Source: Terriglobia bacterium
Lineage (GTDB): Bacteria; Acidobacteriota; Terriglobia; Terriglobales; Acidobacteriaceae
Length of the DNA stretch: 64,000 nt
Assembly: GCA_963791575.1 (NCBI GenBank)
Contig: CAWBSY010000008.1
Location: forward strand, 75,972 to 139,971
Reading direction: 5' to 3'
This document shows, one piece after another, positions 58,091 through 64,000 of the stretch. A model generated the notes under the pieces. The model saw only the letters and a list, made by a program, of their open reading frames with translations. It ran no database searches and was not told the DNA's origin. The position numbers and the translations under genes were made by a program. Positions within the stretch are counted from its first letter, which is position 1. Each line of letters begins with the position of its first letter.

Positions 58091-59845
58091 ATGAAGAGGC
58101 CCGCAGGTTTCCGCGCTTTCAGTCCTTACCGCCTGTGGTCGCTTCTGCCACGCATTGAAACGTCTCACATACCAGATCTCATAATGTTCGGCGCCGGGAT
58201 TTCGCTTTTCTATGGCGTATTGCTGGTTGCACGCACGTGGTTTGGTCCATTTACGCCACAAGTTGAAATCTCGCGCAGTGCTTGGGCGCTTCCCGTTTAC
58301 GCCGGATATTCCTTGCTGAGAATCAGTGCGGCCTATTTTCTGAGCCTGATCTTTACATTGGTCTACGGCTACATCGCGGCCTACAATCCGCGCGCTGAAC
58401 GTTTCATGATTCCTCTGCTCGACGTTTTGCAGTCCATCCCCGTACTGAGCTTTCTGCCTGGCGTGATGCTCGCAATGGTGGCGCTTTTTCCAAGTCGCCA
58501 ATTAGGAGTCGAACTCGGAGCGATCCTACTGATATTCACCGGCCAAGTCTGGAACATGGCTTTTAGCTTTTATGCTTCTCTGAAGAGCATTCCCCGAGAA
58601 ATGCGCGAAGCCGCGCGCATCTACAACTTCAGTTGGTGGCAACGATTCGTACAACTCGAATTGCCTTCTGCGGCAATCGGCTTGGTGTGGAATTCGATGA
58701 TGTCAGTAGCCGGCGGATGGTTCGCCCTCATGGCATGCGAGATGTTTGTTTTGGGATCGCGAGATTTCCGCCTGCCGGGTCTGGGTTCTTATCTACAAAC
58801 TGCCGCCAGCGCCGGAGACACACGGTCCATTCTCTTGGGCGTAGGGACTATGATTGCGGTGATTGTGTTAATCGATCAATTCGTGTGGCGTCCCGTAATC
58901 GCCTGGGCAGAGAAGTTTAAGATCGAACAAGTCGAGAGCACGGACGTTCCCCAGTCCTGGGTCTTGAACATTCTGCAACGCTCAAGCAGCCTCGCTTATC
59001 TCCAAAAGAAAGCTCTACAGCCATTGCGCGAATCACTTATATTGCGCTTTGCCCACCGTCACACTGCCGTTTCACCTGCGGAGGCTCCGAATCAGCGCAG
59101 AAACTGGATCATTCGCGGCCTGGGCATAATTGCGCTTGTGTGCATCGTTTATGCCGTGATCCGCGTGATCATCATGCTTGCCGACGTAAGCCATTCGGAT
59201 GCGACTCAGCTGGTAGTTGGGCTGGCCACAACTTTTTTGCGCGTAAACGTCGCGCTCTTGATCGGTGCTGCCTGGACCATCCCAGCGGGCGTCCTGATCG
59301 GCTTCAGCCCTCGATTGGCCCGCGTTGCCCAGCCTCTCGCACAAATCGCCGCCTCAGTCCCTGCCACTGCGTTCTTTCCAATTATCCTGCTGTTGCTAGT
59401 TCGTGCGGGTTCGGGGCTTGGCATTGGCTCAATCCTTCTCCTACTGCTCGGAACGCAATGGTACATATTGTTCAACGTGATTGCGGGAGCCATGGCGATT
59501 CCCACCGATCTAAAAGAAGCCTGCTCGGTTTTCGGGATCACAGGCTGGGAGCGCTGGAGGAAGCTGATCCTTCCTGGCATCTTTCCTTATTTAGTAACCG
59601 GACTCGTGACCGCCTCGGGGGGCGCTTGGAACGCCAGCATCGTGGCAGAATATTTCCATTTCAAAGGACAAATTTTCTCGACAACGGGGCTAGGCGCAAT
59701 TATCAGCAAAGCCACCGATAGCGGAAACTTCGAACTGCTTATCGCGGCAACAATCTTGATGGCAGCAATGGTGGTAACAATCAATCGATTGGTGTGGCGC
59801 AGATTTTACAAGCTTGCCGAAACCAGATTCAGGCTGGAAGGGTAG
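58091..59845 (+). CDS. ABC transporter permease, duplicated (two BPD-type transmembrane domains)
   Basis: 584 aa with two permease halves (…REMREAARIYNFSWWQRF… and …DLKEACSVFGITGWERWRKL…). It lies 5 nt downstream of the ATPase gene. Confidence 0.85.
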   Translation: MKRPAGFRAFSPYRLWSLLPRIETSHIPDLIMFGAGISLFYGVLLVARTWFGPFTPQVEISRSAWALPVYAGYSLLRISAAYFLSLIFTLVYGYIAAYNPRAERFMIPLLDVLQSIPVLSFLPGVMLAMVALFPSRQLGVELGAILLIFTGQVWNMAFSFYASLKSIPREMREAARIYNFSWWQRFVQLELPSAAIGLVWNSMMSVAGGWFALMACEMFVLGSRDFRLPGLGSYLQTAASAGDTRSILLGVGTMIAVIVLIDQFVWRPVIAWAEKFKIEQVESTDVPQSWVLNILQRSSSLAYLQKKALQPLRESLILRFAHRHTAVSPAEAPNQRRNWIIRGLGIIALVCIVYAVIRVIIMLADVSHSDATQLVVGLATTFLRVNVALLIGAAWTIPAGVLIGFSPRLARVAQPLAQIAASVPATAFFPIILLLLVRAGSGLGIGSILLLLLGTQWYILFNVIAGAMAIPTDLKEACSVFGITGWERWRKLILPGIFPYLVTGLVTASGGAWNASIVAEYFHFKGQIFSTTGLGAIISKATDSGNFELLIAATILMAAMVVTINRLVWRRFYKLAETRFRLEG

Positions 59846-59882
59846 CTAACCGGAGCTTAATCTTTCCGCATACCATTCCAAT

Positions 59883-59911
59883 AAAAAAGCCGGAATCTCT
59901 CGATCCCGGCC
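59883..59911 (-). terminator. candidate intrinsic terminator downstream of the minus-strand XRE gene
   Basis: Hairpin GCCGG(59889-59893)/CCGGC(59906-59910). On the minus strand it is followed by TTTTTT (plus-strand A6 at 59883-58888 region). It lies about 125 nt past the stop. Confidence 0.35.
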
Positions 59912-60036
59912 ATAGTTGACGGTTTGCCCGGATAAAACTTTTGGGAGAGGGCTTGTTCTTCGCGGACAACCTTCTTTACAAGCAGCAGTCTCTGGTCCAC
60001 CCAAAGCGATATCCAGAGCGCAGCCCCGATTCAGTC

Positions 60037-60579
60037 CTACGATGCGCTTCTTCGTGGACGCATGGTCAAATCCCGCACCTGCGTCAGCACGCTCGACATC
60101 TGCATCCCATTCAATTGCGAAATGAAAGGCAGCATCTCCGCGACAAACTGATCCTGAATCAAGTCGCGGATTTCCTCTTGCCGATTGCGTTCGCCGCCGC
60201 TCAGTAAATCAGGCACGGTGACCTCGAGCGCCCGCGCCAGCCGCTCCAATGACGAGAGTGTCGGGGTCGCCTTCTCATTCTCGATTTTCGAGACATAAGT
60301 TCGCGGCACCGACATGCGTCCGGCAAGTTGTCGTTGACTAAGTCCGTTGCGCAAACGCATCGACCGGATTGAAGCCGCCAAGTTCAGATGTCCGCGACCA
60401 TGCCCCACGCTTGGAGGCACTTGCGGCATCGGAATTGGTGCGACCAGTTCCGGTTCGTCCTCATCGAGCGAGGTCTTGCAGCGGCGGCAAAGACTGTTGG
60501 ATGTGCGAAACTGAACCAGCAAGCAGCGGTCGCAACGAACTACTTCCCTTGAATCTACCGGGGCAAGTGTAGTGGCCAT
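60037..60579 (-). CDS. XRE-family helix-turn-helix regulator with N-terminal zinc-ribbon
   Basis: CDRC...CRRC four-Cys pattern, then an HTH LRNGLSQRQLAGRMSVPRTYVSKIENEKATPTLSSLERLARAL. Confidence 0.8.
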   Translation of the reverse strand: MATTLAPVDSREVVRCDRCLLVQFRTSNSLCRRCKTSLDEDEPELVAPIPMPQVPPSVGHGRGHLNLAASIRSMRLRNGLSQRQLAGRMSVPRTYVSKIENEKATPTLSSLERLARALEVTVPDLLSGGERNRQEEIRDLIQDQFVAEMLPFISQLNGMQMSSVLTQVRDLTMRPRRSAS

Positions 60580-60737
60580 CTAAGGTTGGGAGTTGCCAGA
60601 GCGGGCAAACCCTAAGCTGTTGCGTAATTTGCGTTACTACCCCTGTGAATGTCAAGTAAAATTTCGGCAAGACTTCGAACCAACTGGCTGAATCGGATAC
60701 TAACTCTTTGCGAAGCCCAGCAAATAAGGAACAAAAC

Positions 60738-61310
60738 ATGGTCGATAGAGAAGCGGCGTGGTGTTTACTAACTAAGTTCACTCAATCAGAAAGTTTGCGG
60801 AAACATGCCTTGGCGGTCGAGGCGTGTATGCGTGCTTATGCGCGGAAATTTTCAGAAGATGAAGAGCTTTGGGCAGTCGTGGGTCTGCTTCATGACTTCG
60901 ATTACGACAAGTACCCGAGCCTCGAAGATCATCCATACAAAGGGAATGAGATTTTGAAAGAGCGTGGCTATTCGGAGGAAATCCGGCGCGCGATTATGTC
61001 CCATGCCGAATACACCGGCGTGACCCGCGATAGCCGAATGGAGAAGGCTCTGTTCGCCTGCGATGAGCTAGCCGGATTCATAACGGCTGTCGCACTAGTG
61101 AAACCAGGAAAATCTTTAGCCGAAGTCGATGCGAAGTCGGTACGAAAGAAGATGAAAGACAAAGCCTTCGCTCGTAGCGTAAAACGGGAAGACATCCTCA
61201 ACGGATCAAGTGAGTTGGGTGTGGAGTTAGAAGAGCACATCGCCTTCTGCATAGAAGCGTTAAAGAAAAGCGCCAAGGAGTTGGGATTGGAAGGTGTGGC
61301 TGGGAGTTGA
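60738..61310 (+). CDS. HD-domain phosphohydrolase
   Basis: LRKHALAVEA...VGLLHDFDY is the H...HD metal site. ATG at 60738 is preceded by AAGGA (60726-60730). The ORF is open from TTG at 60708. Confidence 0.8.
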   Translation: MVDREAAWCLLTKFTQSESLRKHALAVEACMRAYARKFSEDEELWAVVGLLHDFDYDKYPSLEDHPYKGNEILKERGYSEEIRRAIMSHAEYTGVTRDSRMEKALFACDELAGFITAVALVKPGKSLAEVDAKSVRKKMKDKAFARSVKREDILNGSSELGVELEEHIAFCIEALKKSAKELGLEGVAGS

Positions 61311-61312
61311 AG

Positions 61313-63745
61313 CTACTTTCTAACGGGTTTGTCTGACGTGCTGGCCATCTTTACCTTCTGCGATGCTTCCGTGTAGCGGGCGAGGCCTTTATAGAGGGCC
61401 TCTGCAATCTGCTGGCGATAAGCGGCGCTTTGCAGCTCGGTCTCATCTTCTGGACTGCTGACGAAGGAGACTTCAGCCAGAATCGCCGGCATTGAGGTTC
61501 CGGTTAGGACAACATAAGAAGCTTCTTTTACGCCCCGATCTCGCAGGGCAGGATTTTTCGCTGCCAGTGTTCCATAGAGCGCGCGTTGAACGCTGGCGGC
61601 AAAACGATGCGACTCTTTAACTTTTTCCCGGATATCGACGTTTGTCCAACTAATGTCTTGCAAAGGAAGCCCAGCCGCATTTGCGTCGGGAGTTCGCGCC
61701 CGTACGGAAGAGTAAGTATTGGTGTAGTACGTCTCCACTCCGCGAGCCGAAGCGTAGTCGCTGTAATTGGCATGGACCGAAAGAAATAGGTTGGCGTGCG
61801 CCACATTTGCGATTTCGGCGCGTTTTTCCAGGGGAAGGTAGGTGTCGTCCTGGCGCGTGTAGATGACCTCCGCGTCCAATTTGCCCTCGACCAGCTTGCC
61901 TAGGCGATCCACGATATCAAGGACCAAATCTTTTTCCAGGAGGCCTTTCCGGCCTACAGTGCCGAGATCCCACCCGCCGTGTCCAGCGTCGAGAACAATT
62001 CGGAATTGCGGAACGTGGGTACGCGCTTTCGGTGTTGACGAAGAATTTTGGAGCGTAGCAGCTTGTTGCGGGCTGCTCTGGGTCGGAGTTGCTTTGATCG
62101 CCACTGAATTTGAATTGATCGGGGGTTGCGTTACGGCAGCAGTAGCTGAACGCACGGGCGTTGTGGGCGCGAATAGGTCGATCTTCGCTGTCGGTTGAGA
62201 CTTTGTGCCTTCTTTCCGAATCTCGACAACCAAGCGATAGGGGTTTTGTTCAAGACTTACCGAGTAGCTAGGGCTGGCTTTTGTTTCGAGTACCACTCGA
62301 GTCATGCCGGGGCTAGGCTGCGCTACTCGTACTCGCACCAGGACCGCATCATCTACCGTAATTGTCTTCCCCGAAAGTCCAGCTGCTAGCGTTGTGTCGT
62401 GCAGATCAAAATAGATTCTTTCGGGATTCGAGAGACGGTGCGCCTCGTACTGCACTTGATCTTGCAGATCGATCGCAACGGTACTCGAGTCGGCAGATGA
62501 CCAATGACGAATTCCGGTCACTTCCGCGGGAGCGCCAGGCTTTCGCGCATCGGTCGAAGCGTCTGTGGCATCGTTAAGATCGTTGGCGTCCTCAGAAGAC
62601 TGCGCAGCACGATTTTGTGAAGATGAAGGCGGCTGCACTGTACTTGGCTGACTCGTGGTGCTGATTCCGTGCTGGAGTTTCCACCACACCCCGCCTCCCA
62701 CAAGGGTAGCCAGCAGTATAAGAGCGAGAATTACCTTCAGGCCCGGATGCGAGTTGCCTATCTCAACGTATTCGGGTAGCGGTTGAAGATGCTTGTCTCC
62801 CAACGGGAGTTCGGCCTGCACTGCCGCATCCAGGTTCTCACTTAACCCTGAGTCTGGAGCCGCTTTGCCTTGAGCCACTTCAACTTCATCTCGCGATGAG
62901 TTCTCGGAGAGATCTGCCGGAACGAGCGGAATTTGGGCAAGAACCGGAGGAGCTTCGGTTTCCACTTTATCCGCAGTAGGCTCCAAAGGAGTTGTTTCAG
63001 GATCCGCAGGAACAAGCTCGATCACCGATGCATGATTAGTCTGAGTTTCGACGCTGTTGATATTCGGAACGACTCGCAGAGAAATCTCCGCGAGCCGATC
63101 TTCTTCTTCCGGTCGCAAGGCGGCCAATATTAATTCGGCGAGCAGATTCAAGCTGCGCACATCGCTGTCATTGAATCCGAATGCTTCGGTGGAGAAAGCC
63201 TCAATTAATCCGACTACACTTTGACGGGCTGAAAGTGGCACCGCCACCATAGAGCGAGCGCCCAGACGTCGGCAGTGCTCCACGTTTACTCTGGAATCGG
63301 TCTCTGCATCGTCGCAACGAATAATCTCGCCCGTGCGTAGACAAGCCCCCGAGAAACCCGAGTTCGGATCAAGCCGAACTCCCGCATCGGGAGCAATTGT
63401 TCCAGACGAAGCGCGGCAAACAATTGCATTGTCTTCGGCGAGTGCGATTGCTATGCCGTCGGCTCCGGTAATCGCAAGGGCGCGATCAGCAACTAGTTGC
63501 AAAACTTCATCGAGGGCAAAATGCTCAAGTTGCCAGACATTGTTGCTGGCCGCCTTCATAACTAGATCGCGTGCTTCGAGCGCACGCTTTTGGCGAATTT
63601 GTTCATGCAAGGAGGAAAATGCGAGCAGCGCCTGCAGCGCGTCATAGCCGTGGAAACTGGGCCGCTGGCTTTGCCCTTCGGCGGCATCGCCGACATGGGC
63701 CAAGCCAATGAATCCAACGGTCGTATTATTTGGGCTTGCGCTCAT
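61313..63745 (-). CDS. GAF - TM - AMIN - N-acetylmuramoyl-L-alanine amidase (Amidase_3) fusion
   Basis: 810 aa. N-terminal GAF-like region (about aa 70-210), one TM (VILALILLATLVGGGVWW), an AMIN-like domain (VTGIRHWSSADSSTVAIDL...YRLVVEI) and a C-terminal amidase (IVLDAGHGGWDLG...LFLSVHAN...). Confidence 0.85.
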   Translation of the reverse strand: MSASPNNTTVGFIGLAHVGDAAEGQSQRPSFHGYDALQALLAFSSLHEQIRQKRALEARDLVMKAASNNVWQLEHFALDEVLQLVADRALAITGADGIAIALAEDNAIVCRASSGTIAPDAGVRLDPNSGFSGACLRTGEIIRCDDAETDSRVNVEHCRRLGARSMVAVPLSARQSVVGLIEAFSTEAFGFNDSDVRSLNLLAELILAALRPEEEDRLAEISLRVVPNINSVETQTNHASVIELVPADPETTPLEPTADKVETEAPPVLAQIPLVPADLSENSSRDEVEVAQGKAAPDSGLSENLDAAVQAELPLGDKHLQPLPEYVEIGNSHPGLKVILALILLATLVGGGVWWKLQHGISTTSQPSTVQPPSSSQNRAAQSSEDANDLNDATDASTDARKPGAPAEVTGIRHWSSADSSTVAIDLQDQVQYEAHRLSNPERIYFDLHDTTLAAGLSGKTITVDDAVLVRVRVAQPSPGMTRVVLETKASPSYSVSLEQNPYRLVVEIRKEGTKSQPTAKIDLFAPTTPVRSATAAVTQPPINSNSVAIKATPTQSSPQQAATLQNSSSTPKARTHVPQFRIVLDAGHGGWDLGTVGRKGLLEKDLVLDIVDRLGKLVEGKLDAEVIYTRQDDTYLPLEKRAEIANVAHANLFLSVHANYSDYASARGVETYYTNTYSSVRARTPDANAAGLPLQDISWTNVDIREKVKESHRFAASVQRALYGTLAAKNPALRDRGVKEASYVVLTGTSMPAILAEVSFVSSPEDETELQSAAYRQQIAEALYKGLARYTEASQKVKMASTSDKPVRK

Positions 63746-64000
63746 CAGAATTAGATCCGCTCAGAAATTCATGACGTCTGACTTCGCCAACTTCCGTCCA
63801 CTTCTTATCATCGACAATCTACCGCTCCCGACGACTGCATTGTGAAGCAATTGTGAATTTGCTCGCAATCATTTCGGCATCGTAGCACCCACTGCCAATG
63901 ATTCCTATAAGTTACAGTGCTTTGTTAAACGCAGCAATCTTTCCTTTCGCACGAAGGGCTGGGATTTCCATCCTGTTCTTGGTAAGCTCTTTGACAGAAA

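Overview
This is a 64-kb chromosomal segment. The gene content includes a VWFA-type secreted protein of the kind common in Acidobacteria, a Ser/Thr kinase fused to a TolB-like beta-propeller, several secreted glycoside hydrolases and a GAF/AMIN cell-wall amidase. This suggests an Acidobacteriota (Terriglobia-like) genome, but that is inference only. I count about 57 protein-coding loci, nearly all housekeeping:
- TCA cycle: fumC and an icd-like gene.
- Alpha-glucan metabolism: glgB, GH57 and malQ.
- Heme O/A synthesis: ctaB and ctaA.
- Fe-S and heme assembly: an IscU-like protein, CyaY and a HemQ-like protein.
- Others: nrdR, ssb, thrC, mazG and several transporters.

I recognised no rRNA, tRNA or CRISPR array by eye. 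The only mobile-type element is a REP-associated tyrosine transposase (RAYT) gene bracketed by 47-nt inverted hairpin modules (27722-28339).

Two observations dominate.
1. At least about 22 one-base reading-frame lesions plus one in-frame TGA interrupt about 17 conserved genes, including fumC, icd-like, thrC, ctaA and glgB. All lie in 1-48.8 kb and none in 49-64 kb. Many sit at short homopolymers, so sequencing or assembly indel error is the leading explanation and must be excluded before calling pseudogenes.
2. The best candidate for an undescribed system is an abutting two-gene module at 37665-40438. It encodes a signal-peptide class-I cytochrome c fused to an outer-membrane beta-barrel-like domain, followed by a secreted pentaheme cytochrome. 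This could be a compact porin-cytochrome electron conduit, but that is inference.

All coordinates I derived by hand may be off by 1-2 nt.
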